Part shown: piece after piece, positions 1 to 8,942 of the stretch
Layout: every line of letters begins with the position of its first letter
Numbering within the stretch: the first letter of the stretch is position 1
Assembly (NCBI GenBank): GCA_964593885.1
Contig: CAZQKK010000002.1
Span: 11,997-75,996, forward strand
Direction: 5' to 3'
Length of the DNA: 64,000 bases
From: an uncultured Candidatus Saccharibacteria bacterium
Lineage (GTDB): Bacteria > Patescibacteriota > UBA1384 > CAILIB01
Made by a program: the position numbers and the translations under genes
The notes under the pieces: model-generated
What the model saw: the letters and a program-made list of their open reading frames with translations, nothing else
Database searches by the model: none
What the model was told of the DNA's origin: nothing

Positions 1-370
1 CCCTTCGAGCGGCAACGGCAGCCATGAGCCCACCTGAGATTCCTCTAGGGAGGATACTGTCTGACTCACTGCTAATGGATGATGCGCCATCAAAGACTGC
101 GTAGCACCTGTGCTCAGGCATGAGGAGCACGATATCTTCACAGGGCTTTTCCGGGTTTCCCGGAGAGACGTACGAGAATGATTCAATGTGCATGTAACGT
201 AACCATATTCTGACCTGATTAGGTCGGGGTTACCTTACCTGAAAAACCTCTTTTGGTCAATCAAGAGAGCCCCTACTTTGAGGATGTTCACAAGTCACGT
301 AAAGTGTAACTAAGAAACAGCTAACACTACTCCTATGGGCTTACGCGATTGGCTAATGGTAGGAAAAATC

Positions 371-931
371 ATGAAGAAGGGGATTGATGTTGGGTTAGGA
401 AAGAAAACCGAGGCCCAGATGGCCCAGGAAATTGAGGGGATCTTTACTGGAGAGGCATCTAGCCTGATGCCGGTACCACTCAATAACATGATCAAGACGG
501 CCGCAAACATTCAGGAGAAAATTACCGCCATGCAGGCATCGCCGAGTAGTGGCGATGTTACCCACCTGAGAACCTACATGATGAGCTACTACGGCAACCT
601 GATGAATGGGGGCGACCCGGCACCAGAGGCACTAGAGGCGGCGGCGATCAAGCTGATGCCTGAGTACAAAGAGCTGGTTGCTGGCTACCCAGCCCTCCAC
701 CAGGCGCTAGCTGCCCTGGAGATGCAGATTGAACAGTGCACCTTTGGCTACCAAATGGCGGACGGCACGATCTACGCGCCAGATGTGAACTGGACCTCAG
801 AGCAGTGGGAGAGCATGCGCGAACAGTCAGTGGATCAAACGGCACGATGCTGGAAGGTGGAGGCGCCTGTTGCTCCTGTTGCCGAAGCGCCAGCCGCTGA
901 ACCAGCCACTCCAACAGAGCCTGCGGCCTAG
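371..931 (+). CDS. hypothetical protein with Ala/Pro-rich C-terminus
   Basis: ORF 335-931. An internal ATG at 371 is preceded by an AGGAAAAA Shine-Dalgarno-like motif. No recognisable domain. Confidence 0.5.
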   Translation: MKKGIDVGLGKKTEAQMAQEIEGIFTGEASSLMPVPLNNMIKTAANIQEKITAMQASPSSGDVTHLRTYMMSYYGNLMNGGDPAPEALEAAAIKLMPEYKELVAGYPALHQALAALEMQIEQCTFGYQMADGTIYAPDVNWTSEQWESMREQSVDQTARCWKVEAPVAPVAEAPAAEPATPTEPAA

Positions 932-1353
932 GCTCTCCGCGGCTCGCGTAGGATCAGGTACTTTTTTGGGTTGCGCGGGTTAACCTTGATTTGGATACTA
1001 TCGCCCACCTTAAAGTCCCTTGCTTGTTGGAGGGTGAATTCCAGGATTGCGGTGTAGCTTTTGCCGTCAGGACCAGTGTATGAAGTGGTGAAAACCTTGT
1101 TTTCCCTCCTGAAGAGAGGCCCTCTTGGGGCGATGGAGGTGATGACGGCAGTTGTCTCAAGTGAGCAGAGCAGGTAGCGGATGAGCAGGGGAATGCCAAA
1201 GAGTACAAAGTTGGCAAAGACTACGGTGTAGGCTACTGGCTGGGCTTGGAAGGGGGTGCCGGCGGCTTTAGCTTCGCTCTGAAAAAGCCAGACCAGGAGG
1301 AAGGAGAAGATGAAGAAAACCCAGAGAGATACGGTGTAGGTGCGAGGGTGCAT
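928..1353 (-). CDS. hypothetical membrane protein (2-3 N-terminal TM helices plus a C-terminal soluble domain)
   Basis: 141-aa ORF with hydrophobic N-terminal segments. It is compactly spaced with the downstream ABC-F gene. Confidence 0.5.
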   Translation of the reverse strand: MHPRTYTVSLWVFFIFSFLLVWLFQSEAKAAGTPFQAQPVAYTVVFANFVLFGIPLLIRYLLCSLETTAVITSIAPRGPLFRRENKVFTTSYTGPDGKSYTAILEFTLQQARDFKVGDSIQIKVNPRNPKKYLILREPRRA

Positions 1354-1369
1354 CGTAAGGTAACTATAC

Positions 1370-3013
1370 CTAGGCTTTGCCTACCTGGATAGTTCGACCG
1401 CCCATGCCCTCGGCAAAGTAGCTGTCGTGGGTAACGTAGATGATGGCGCCGGTGAATGCCTGGAGGGCTTCCTCAAGCTCTTCAATGGAGGGGAGATCGA
1501 GGTGGTTTGATGGCTCGTCCAAGATGAGGAGGTTGGGGTTGTTGGCAAGCATCTTTATCAGCTGCAGCCGTGCTTTCTGGCCACCTGAAAGCTGCCTTAC
1601 CGGAAGCTCTAGGTCATTCACGGGGTTGAAGAGGTAGGTTGCCAAAATGGAGCGAACCTCATCAATGGGGATGCTGATGCCGGCCTCGTGGTAGCACTGG
1701 CTCACCGCATCTCCCAGCTTCATGTCTAGGTAGGTACTACTTATCTCCTGCTCGTAGAAGCCAATCCTCAGCTTTGGGCTGGCTTTTATCTCGCCCTTCT
1801 TGAGGGTTTCAGGCTTCTTGCCAGCGGCAGCCGCCATGATGGTGCTAATGAGGGTAGACTTTCCGGCACCATTCCTGCCCCTAAACTGTAGCCTTTCGCC
1901 ATGCTTGATGGTGAAGTTGATCCGCTCTACCAGGTGGTGGGTGTAGCCCACGGCCACATCCTCAAGTTCCAAGAGCTGGAAGACGTGCGAGTCTGGCTTG
2001 GCCACCCGCACGGTGATGCCGCGCGCTTTGTACTTGTCATAGGATTCGGTTACCGTATCTGACAAACTCTCAACGGTGTCCTTATCAATCCAGAATGATG
2101 GCTTGGTGAGCGAGTCTTTCAGAGCGTCATGCTCTCCCTTCAGGCGTTCGTAGAGAATTTTGGGGCGATTATCGCTGGCGCCTCCCATCCGAGCCTTAGC
2201 CGTATTCATCTGGGTCTTCAGCACCTTCAGGCGCTTGAGGGTAGATTCGTACTGGCTAATCTGAGTTACGGTACTCGTACCGTTCTGCTTGATGTAGGAA
2301 TCGTAGTTTCCCGAGTACATGAAGAGCTGCTTGTCTCGCAGTTCCAGGACGCTGTCTACCTCACGCAGGACATCTCTGTCGTGGCTGATGATGAGGGCGG
2401 CGGTGTTGAGCTTCTTGAGCCACGAGAGGAACTGCGCCTTGCCGTGGTAGTCAAGGTGGTTGGTAGGCTCGTCAAGGAGGAGGAGGTCTGCCTGAGAGAA
2501 GCTAATCTTTACTAGCTCAACAAAGCGCTTCTGGCCACCGGAGAGGCTTCCCATGGGGCGATAGGCGGCGTCCAAGTCAATCTCAAATCCTTCAAGCATC
2601 TGGACGATTTCTTCCTCTACGGTGTAGTAGTTCCGGTCTGTGAAGGTTTGGAGCGCCTCGGTGAAGGTGTGGATTTTATCGAGGTCATCTCCCATCTGAT
2701 CCGGGTAGGTGTCCAGGACGTGCTTGAGGGTGTAGTAGTCGGGGATGTAGTCCAGGATGTAGTTGACGGGGGTGGTGGTGTCTACGTCGTGGTGCTCCTG
2801 GGCGGTGGCCACAATCCTCAGGCTCTTGGGGGTATCGATGGTGCCTACGTAGTCTGTATCGTCTCCCGTGAGGAGGTGGAAGAGGGTAGACTTGCCGGCG
2901 CCGTTCCGGCCGATGAGGGCAGTTTTCCGGTTTTCCTGCAGCATGAAGCTAGCTTCCTTGAGGAGAAGCTTTGAGCCCATGTACTTTTCGGAGATGGTGG
3001 CGGAGAGGAGCAT
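1370..3013 (-). CDS. ABC-F family ATPase (two ABC domains, no TM domain)
   Basis: Two Walker A motifs (GRNGAGKST twice), two LSGGQK signature motifs and two hhhhDEPTNHLD Walker B motifs. Length 547 aa. Confidence 0.9.
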   Translation of the reverse strand: MLLSATISEKYMGSKLLLKEASFMLQENRKTALIGRNGAGKSTLFHLLTGDDTDYVGTIDTPKSLRIVATAQEHHDVDTTTPVNYILDYIPDYYTLKHVLDTYPDQMGDDLDKIHTFTEALQTFTDRNYYTVEEEIVQMLEGFEIDLDAAYRPMGSLSGGQKRFVELVKISFSQADLLLLDEPTNHLDYHGKAQFLSWLKKLNTAALIISHDRDVLREVDSVLELRDKQLFMYSGNYDSYIKQNGTSTVTQISQYESTLKRLKVLKTQMNTAKARMGGASDNRPKILYERLKGEHDALKDSLTKPSFWIDKDTVESLSDTVTESYDKYKARGITVRVAKPDSHVFQLLELEDVAVGYTHHLVERINFTIKHGERLQFRGRNGAGKSTLISTIMAAAAGKKPETLKKGEIKASPKLRIGFYEQEISSTYLDMKLGDAVSQCYHEAGISIPIDEVRSILATYLFNPVNDLELPVRQLSGGQKARLQLIKMLANNPNLLILDEPSNHLDLPSIEELEEALQAFTGAIIYVTHDSYFAEGMGGRTIQVGKA

Positions 3014-3100
3014 TTGGCTACTATACCAGATTAGAAAGGGGTTGTCCTGTGTTGTTGGTGAAGTTTTTGCTAATCTATTCTTAACCGAACAAATTCTTAC

Positions 3101-3448
3101 ATGAAATCACTTCAAGATCTTCAGGATATGGTCGTTAAGCTTAGGGATGAGCGAGACTGGAAGCAATTCCATAACCCAAAGGACTTAGCCCTTACACTTA
3201 CCCTTGAAGCCACAGAAGTTTTGGAGCATTTTCAGTGGAAAACAAACGAAGAGTCTTTTGATCACATAAAAAAGAACAAACAAAAAGTTGCACACGAACT
3301 TGCTGACGTACTATATTCTGTTTTGCTCATGGCAAATGATTTTGATATTGATCTTGCAGAATCTTTCCTAGAGAAAATTGAAGAAATTTCAAAAAAGTAC
3401 CCTGTAGAGAAGTCAAGAGGAAATCATAAAAAATATACTGAGCTATGA
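3101..3448 (+). CDS. MazG-like nucleotide pyrophosphohydrolase (small all-alpha NTP-PPase)
   Basis: 115 aa with the EATEVLEHF and HELADVLY E-x-x-E/D helical motifs typical of the MazG/HisE superfamily. AT-rich relative to flanks. Its stop overlaps the next start (ATGA). Confidence 0.75.
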   Translation: MKSLQDLQDMVVKLRDERDWKQFHNPKDLALTLTLEATEVLEHFQWKTNEESFDHIKKNKQKVAHELADVLYSVLLMANDFDIDLAESFLEKIEEISKKYPVEKSRGNHKKYTEL

Positions 3449-5367
3449 TTGTTTATCAAGCTACAAAGCAATCTTTCCATCACGATATTCTCACTCACAG
3501 AATTGAGAAGATTGTTGCTAATGAGTTACTAAAAAAGACTGGAAAGCATGTGGGAGATGCAGAGGTGAGGTCATGGAAAGAATCGCTTGGCTACATGAGC
3601 AATGTGCTTTTGGATAACGATATTCCAAACGATGTTGGTATTGCCATTGAGTACCACATACCTCAAACCACCAAACGGATCGACTTTATTCTCACTGGTC
3701 AGAATGAGCATAATATTGACCATGCAATTCTTGTTGAGTTAAAGCAATGGTCGTCGGCAAAGCTGAGCGACCGAGATGGTGTGGTGTATACGTATGTTGG
3801 CGGAGGAGAGCGTGATATGAGCCACCCCTCATATCAGGCATGGTCATATGCTGCACTCCTTGAAGGATTTAATGAAACGGTTTACCAGGAAAACGTCCAG
3901 CTTAAGCCTTGTGCGTATTTGCACAACTATGAAGAGGATGAGGTTATCCGTAGTGATTTCTATCAAGAGTACCTAGATAAGGCACCGGCGTTTCTTGCTG
4001 GTGATGACGAGACAGAGAAGTTGAGAGATTTTATAAAAAGATACGTAAAGCGCGGGGATGTCTCGAATATTATGTATCGCATTGAGTGCGGTAGGATCCG
4101 CCCTTCAAAAGCTCTTGTGGATAGCCTTGTATCAATGCTTGATGGAAATGATGAGTTTGTCCTTGTTGATGATCAAAAGACAGTATTTGAGGAAGCAAGA
4201 TCACTAGTGCTTAATGCTTCAGATGATAATAAAAAAGTTCTCATTGTAGAGGGAGGGCCAGGAACAGGAAAAACACTTGTTGCTGTGAACCTTTTGGTAA
4301 AGGCCACAGCTGAAAACCTAGTTGCGCTTTATGTTACAAAAAACGCTGCGCCAAGAGCGGTCTATGAAAGCTTACTCACAAAGAGTCCCAGAAAAAGTGT
4401 ATACACATCTCTTTTCTCTGGCTCAGGTGCCTTTACCCAATCAAAGGAAAATGAGTTTGATGTCTTGATTGTTGATGAGGCGCACAGACTCAATGAAAAG
4501 TCTGGAATGTATAAGAACCTAGGTGAAAACCAGGTGAAAGAAATTATTACTGCTGCAAAATGTTCAATCTTCTTTATTGATGAAGATCAGCGTGTGACGT
4601 GGGGAGATATTGGAACAAAAGAAGAAATCATCAAATGGGCAAGGCAATGTGGAGCTGAGGTTGTCGAGAAAAACCTTTCATCACAGTTTAGGTGTAATGG
4701 TTCTGATGGTTACCTTGCATGGCTTGATGATGTTCTCCAAGTTAGAGAAACGGCAAACTACACTCTTGAAGAAGGTCAGTATGATTTTCAAGTTTTTTCA
4801 GACCCAAACGAACTTCGTAGAGCGATTCAACTTAATAATGTTGATAGAAATAAATCTCGTTTAGTTGCTGGCTACTGTTGGGAATGGGCAACTAAGTCTG
4901 GAAAAGCTGAATATGATGTCGTGTTGCCTGAGTATGATTTCAAAATGAAATGGAACCTTGCCAGTGACGGTAGTCTCTGGATAGTAGGAAAGAATTCAGT
5001 TAATGAAGTTGGCTGCATTCATACCTGCCAAGGTCTTGAGTTAGATTATGTAGGGGTGATTATTGGCGATGACTTTGTTGTGAGAGATGGTGAGGTTGTC
5101 ACAAATCCATCGGCTAGAGCACGTAGCGATAAATCACTTTCTGGATATGTGAAGGCCTCAAAGGATAGCCCAGAAGAATCATCTCAAAAAGCTGATCTTA
5201 TTATTAAGAATACCTACCGCACGCTCATGACGCGTGGGATGAAGGGTTGCTACGTTTACTGCACTGATAAAGAAACTGAAGATTACTTTAGAGAACGTCT
5301 CACACAGGTAGCTCATCTTTCTGGAAGCGAGATTGAAGGATTTGAAGATGAATTGGAGATTGCATAA
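3445..5367 (+). CDS. DUF2075 / Schlafen-group-3-like protein: N-terminal PD-(D/E)xK-like nuclease motif fused to SF1-type helicase ATPase
   Basis: N-terminus has IEYHIP...KRIDFIL...ILVELKQW (an E...D...ELK restriction-endonuclease-like signature). Walker A is GGPGTGKT. Walker B/DEAH-like is LIVDEAHRL. Motif VI-like is CIHTCQGLELDYVGVII. 640 aa, low GC. Confidence 0.8.
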   Translation: MIVYQATKQSFHHDILTHRIEKIVANELLKKTGKHVGDAEVRSWKESLGYMSNVLLDNDIPNDVGIAIEYHIPQTTKRIDFILTGQNEHNIDHAILVELKQWSSAKLSDRDGVVYTYVGGGERDMSHPSYQAWSYAALLEGFNETVYQENVQLKPCAYLHNYEEDEVIRSDFYQEYLDKAPAFLAGDDETEKLRDFIKRYVKRGDVSNIMYRIECGRIRPSKALVDSLVSMLDGNDEFVLVDDQKTVFEEARSLVLNASDDNKKVLIVEGGPGTGKTLVAVNLLVKATAENLVALYVTKNAAPRAVYESLLTKSPRKSVYTSLFSGSGAFTQSKENEFDVLIVDEAHRLNEKSGMYKNLGENQVKEIITAAKCSIFFIDEDQRVTWGDIGTKEEIIKWARQCGAEVVEKNLSSQFRCNGSDGYLAWLDDVLQVRETANYTLEEGQYDFQVFSDPNELRRAIQLNNVDRNKSRLVAGYCWEWATKSGKAEYDVVLPEYDFKMKWNLASDGSLWIVGKNSVNEVGCIHTCQGLELDYVGVIIGDDFVVRDGEVVTNPSARARSDKSLSGYVKASKDSPEESSQKADLIIKNTYRTLMTRGMKGCYVYCTDKETEDYFRERLTQVAHLSGSEIEGFEDELEIA

Positions 5368-5369
5368 CA

Positions 5370-5723
5370 ATGAATGCGAAACCATTACTCATAGCTGGTA
5401 GCGTCTCCCTTCTATCTGTAGCAGCTTTTGCCGCAGGTATGGAATCTCCAGAGGTTGCAGAAAGGTTGGGTAGTTCTCCGCAGATTACTTCAACAATTCC
5501 AGCTACTAACACACCAAAAGCGACTTCTGCTCCAACGCCTAAACCCACTGAGAGTAGCAAAGCTACTACATCAAATTGTGATTCGAACTACAGTCCCTGT
5601 ATTCCTAAGGTGAGTTATGACCTTGATTGTGGGGATATTGGAAAATTTGTGTACGTTATTGGTGTTGATGTACATGGATTTGACAGAGATGGGGATGGAG
5701 AAGGATGTGAGAGCTACAAATGA
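5370..5723 (+). CDS. secreted Excalibur (extracellular calcium-binding) domain protein
   Basis: N-terminal signal peptide, a Thr/Pro/Ser-rich linker, and a C-terminal DCGDIG...DRDGDGEGCE motif matching the Excalibur DxDxDGxxCE signature. Confidence 0.75.
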   Translation: MNAKPLLIAGSVSLLSVAAFAAGMESPEVAERLGSSPQITSTIPATNTPKATSAPTPKPTESSKATTSNCDSNYSPCIPKVSYDLDCGDIGKFVYVIGVDVHGFDRDGDGEGCESYK

Positions 5724-6049
5724 AATCCTTAAAATTCCAACCTCATCTAGCGCAGATGATTCGAGAGGGCAGAAAGACAACGACGTGGAGGCTCTTTGAT
5801 GACAAGGATCTCCAAGTTGGTGATGAGATTGAGTTGGTAGAAAAGGGTCAGAATGCGCCCTTCGCCCACACAACAATTACAAAGATGGTCTATAAGACAC
5901 TGGGCTCATTGCAAGATGAGGATTGGGTTGGGCATGAGAAATTTGCCTCAGAAGAAGAAATGTACGCAACATACCAAAATTACTACGGACCAAGTGTTGG
6001 TCCGGATATTGAAGTAAAGATTATCTGGTTTGGAACTATTGATTTGTGA
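5720..6049 (+). CDS. ASCH domain (PUA-like fold) protein
   Basis: 109 aa. The N-terminus KFQPHLAQMIREGRKTTTWRLFDD with a conserved GxKTxExR-type core is typical of ASCH. Start overlaps the previous stop (ATGA). Confidence 0.7.
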   Translation: MKSLKFQPHLAQMIREGRKTTTWRLFDDKDLQVGDEIELVEKGQNAPFAHTTITKMVYKTLGSLQDEDWVGHEKFASEEEMYATYQNYYGPSVGPDIEVKIIWFGTIDL

Positions 6050-6093
6050 GCAAGTCACTCAAGATTTTGCTACACTACCCATAACAACCCGTA

Positions 6094-6206
6094 ACCATCA
6101 AGAGAGGTAGTCAGGGCTCCAGAGCCCGCCAAAAGCTACCCAGCAACTGAGAACCGTCGTGTTCCGCAGTGCTAGAATCTGGTCCCGCCATGGGAAGATG
6201 TGGCCT
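6094..6206 (+). promoter_or_regulatory. SAM-I (S-box) riboswitch aptamer in the metK leader
   Basis: Contains AUCAAGAGAGG, then GGGCUCCAGAGCCCGCCAAAAGCUACCCAGCAACU, then CAGUGCUAGAAUCUGG. These closely match the conserved S-box core AUCAAGAGAGG...GGGACUGGCCCGAUGAAGCC...CAGCAACC...GGUGCUAAAUCCAGC. A GC-rich segment plus a T6 tract follows at 6255-6268, immediately before the metK ATG. Confidence 0.7.
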
Positions 6207-6270
6207 CGCGCAAACTAGAGCAACGGGCAAACACAGCGTACCTTGTGGGAAGAAAGGCGCGCTTTTTTGT

Positions 6271-7386
6271 ATGTCGCACACGAAAGTCTTTACCTCGGAA
6301 TCGGTCTGTTCCGGGCACCCTGACAAAATTTGTGATCAGGTGAGTGATGCTATCCTCGATGCAATTATCGCCCAAGATCCCTATGCAAGAGTGGCGGTGG
6401 AAACGGTGGTGGGGAAGAACCTCGTGGTGCTCGTGGGCGAGGTTACCGCAACCGCAACCGTAGACTACGAGGCAATTGCTCGCAGCGAGATACAGCGGCT
6501 TGGCTACACAGATCCGGCCCTTGGATTTTCGCACCAATCACCTATCACCGTTGCCATCCACTCGCAGTCTCCCGAGATTGCCAAAGGGGTTTCCAAGAAG
6601 GTGAAGGGGGCGGGAGACCAGGGGATGATGTTTGGCTACGCCTGCAACGAAACGCCAGAGCTGATGCCGTTCCCCATTAGCATCGCTCATGCGCTAACTA
6701 GAGCCATAGATGGGGTACGAGAGGACAAAACGATGCCGTACCTTCGCCCCGATGGGAAGAGTCAGGTAACCGTCTCGTACCATGATGGCAAGCCAGTTGG
6801 CGTTACCAAGGTTGTCTTGGCGGTACCTCACCACCCAGACACTACCCTCAAGCAGGTGGAGGCAGACCTCCTCAATCACGTGCTTACCCCGGTGCTTACC
6901 CGCTACGGCTTTGACGCAAAGGGCGTGAAACTCACGGTAAACGGCACCGGAGTGTGGCACCACGGCGGGCCAGCCTCGGATGCGGGGCTCACCGGAAGGA
7001 AGATTGTGGTTGACGGCTACGGAGGCTACGCCCGGGTGGGTGGGGGAGCCTTCAGCGGCAAAGACCCCTCAAAAGTAGACCGGTCCGGAGCCTACGCCGC
7101 TAGGTACATCGCCAAGAACATTGTGGCGGCGGGCCTGGCTACCCGTGCCGAGGTGGCGCTGGCGTACTGCATTGGGAAGCCTCAGCCGGTGATGAAAAAC
7201 GTGGAAACATTTGGGACCGCGGTTGCCTCGGATGCGGAGATTGCTGCGTTTGTGGAGGGACTCTTGGATTGCTCGGTGGAGGGGATTATCACCGGCCTGG
7301 ATTTGCGGAAACCGGTATTCCACCAGACTGCCGCCTACGGGCACTTTGGGCGGGAGGGGGTGAGTTGGGAGAGAGTTGCTGCTTAA
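6271..7386 (+). CDS. metK: S-adenosylmethionine synthetase
   Basis: MSHTKVFTSESVCSGHPDKICDQVSDAILDAI is the canonical bacterial MetK N-terminus. The hexapeptide GAGDQG and the C-terminal GGGAFSGKD P-loop are present. The tracked ORF start at 6169 lies inside the riboswitch, so the ATG at 6271 is preferred. Confidence 0.92.
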   Translation: MSHTKVFTSESVCSGHPDKICDQVSDAILDAIIAQDPYARVAVETVVGKNLVVLVGEVTATATVDYEAIARSEIQRLGYTDPALGFSHQSPITVAIHSQSPEIAKGVSKKVKGAGDQGMMFGYACNETPELMPFPISIAHALTRAIDGVREDKTMPYLRPDGKSQVTVSYHDGKPVGVTKVVLAVPHHPDTTLKQVEADLLNHVLTPVLTRYGFDAKGVKLTVNGTGVWHHGGPASDAGLTGRKIVVDGYGGYARVGGGAFSGKDPSKVDRSGAYAARYIAKNIVAAGLATRAEVALAYCIGKPQPVMKNVETFGTAVASDAEIAAFVEGLLDCSVEGIITGLDLRKPVFHQTAAYGHFGREGVSWERVAA

Positions 7387-7392
7387 GTACTC

Positions 7393-7421
7393 ATTGACAA
7401 ATAGGGGTATTTGTGCTAAAA
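7393..7421 (+). promoter_or_regulatory. sigma70-type promoter (TTGACA-17-TAAAAT)
   Basis: cattGACAaataggggtatttgtgcTAAAATcc gives a perfect -35 and a near-consensus -10 with a 17-nt spacer, about 40 nt upstream of the 7458 ORF. Confidence 0.6.
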
Positions 7422-7457
7422 TCCCAGCGTTCTCAAATCAGGTAGCGCTCATTGTGA

Positions 7458-7904
7458 GTGACCAAAGTTGAGGTGGCTAGCATGACAAGTTTAGTAGAAC
7501 CAATTGACGTCTCGTTGGTAAAAGACGACTTCCCCAACCTGAAGCTCGTAGAGCTTCCTGACTTTCCTGGGATCGTCTTCGTGAACTATGGTGAGGTTGT
7601 CACTTCGAAAGAGGTTACCAATACCATGATCACGATGAAGCTCCACTCTCCCGATTTGCCTGAGATGCTCATGCAGCAGGCCTTCGAGAGGAAGCCGCCG
7701 CTCCATGAACTGCCCGACTTCAACAGTGCTCCGGTTGTCCTCATTGCAAACCGAGTGCCAGGTCAGTATTGGTCGGTGAATGAGGAGTGGCTCAACATTG
7801 CTACTTGCGCTGAAGAGTTCCGCATTCACCTTTGGCTCGCTGACTCCGGCGATGAGTATGAGGGGAACTACTGGTTCCTGGCAGTGCCAAGTACAACTAG
7901 CTAG
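7458..7904 (+). CDS. hypothetical protein
   Basis: 148-aa ORF downstream of a strong promoter. No recognisable domain. An alternative start MTSLVEP lies at 7482. Confidence 0.5.
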   Translation: MTKVEVASMTSLVEPIDVSLVKDDFPNLKLVELPDFPGIVFVNYGEVVTSKEVTNTMITMKLHSPDLPEMLMQQAFERKPPLHELPDFNSAPVVLIANRVPGQYWSVNEEWLNIATCAEEFRIHLWLADSGDEYEGNYWFLAVPSTTS

Positions 7905-8075
7905 CTCCTCTCAGCAAATGTTTCGGCTCTCACCTTGTGTGAGGGCCATTTTTGTAGCTGTAATGGTTGACAAAAATGGATTTTTTCCCTACAGTCGCGG
8001 TACCTTTCGCCCCGCTCAATTGCCACTCGCACCGCCAACATTGCGGGGAGCGAAAGGTACTCGGTCATTAACATC

Positions 8076-8942
8076 ATGCCTAGTGAAACTATCGGAACAC
8101 ACAAGAAAACGTTTGCGGCGCATACCGCTCGTTTGCTTGCAAGTGAACCCTTCTCCACCGGAGTTGGGTCCCTGCTCATAGTACTTCCTTCCATCATCTT
8201 ACTAAGCCAGCGCTGTGCGCAGTGCCGAACAGCAAGTGTGGTGCAGGGACTGGTACTTCCTCTGGTGGGAATTGCATTTGGCTTGCTCATGCTTGCCAGT
8301 GCAGTTGCGCCAAAAGTGAGGTTGGTAATCTCGGTTGCAAATGCTTGTCTCGTACTAGCGGGCCTCATAAGCCCACTTGTGCTTGGCACCTTGCTCCTTG
8401 GGTACCACCCGTGCACGTACTGTATCATCGTCTGGTTTGGGGTTATCGCGCTTTTTGCGGGGATGCCTCTGGACGAAAGTCGTGCTAGCAAGCTGAGGTT
8501 GGTTTGGACCTGCTGCGCGGTTCTCACGCTCATTGTGTGGGGAGTGCCAGCTACTAACCTTGAGGCTAAGCGCCTCCTGATCGCGGCGGGACTCAGTACC
8601 ACCGCCACAGAGAACGGACCAACGGTTGGAAGTGTCGCTCCAATGGAGCCATCACTTCCTAGTACAGTAACGGTTGTCTTCTGGACGCAGTGCCCATGTC
8701 CACTGCCCCAGCTGCAAGAAGCGCTCAGAGCGCTCAACCAAAAAGGTGTCGTGCCGGTAATCATTACTACCGTGCGCGTTCCCGAAATGAAGGCTTGGGC
8801 TCCCCGGAGCTCGGTACTCATAGTTGATGACAGCGTCTTCCAGCAATGGGGGGTGGATCGTCACCAGACACACGTGGTGGTTAGGATTGAGGGTGGCATT
8901 GTCGTCACCAGCAACCCTGCCAGCCAGGTCAAAAGTAAATGA
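8076..8942 (+). CDS. VKOR/DsbB-like polytopic membrane thiol oxidoreductase with C-terminal thioredoxin-like soluble domain
   Basis: Four to five TM helices. A loop Cys pair CAQC sits after TM1 and a CTYC sits at the start of a TM helix, matching the VKOR active-site arrangement. The C-terminal domain carries a FWTQCPCP Cys motif. The exact start is uncertain. Confidence 0.55.
   Translation: MPSETIGTHKKTFAAHTARLLASEPFSTGVGSLLIVLPSIILLSQRCAQCRTASVVQGLVLPLVGIAFGLLMLASAVAPKVRLVISVANACLVLAGLISPLVLGTLLLGYHPCTYCIIVWFGVIALFAGMPLDESRASKLRLVWTCCAVLTLIVWGVPATNLEAKRLLIAAGLSTTATENGPTVGSVAPMEPSLPSTVTVVFWTQCPCPLPQLQEALRALNQKGVVPVIITTVRVPEMKAWAPRSSVLIVDDSVFQQWGVDRHQTHVVVRIEGGIVVTSNPASQVKSK

Noticed and set aside
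6111-6537. Minus-strand ORFs 6111-6326 and 6172-6537, and the plus ORF extension 6169-6270
   Set aside because: They overlap the SAM riboswitch and the metK 5' end. The metK N-terminus clearly begins at the ATG at 6271 (MSHTKVF).
7901-8821. 306-aa minus-strand ORF
   Set aside because: It is entirely antisense to the VKOR-like gene (8076-8942). It is Ser/Thr/Ala/Arg-rich low-complexity, typical of GC-rich antisense frames, and has no motifs.
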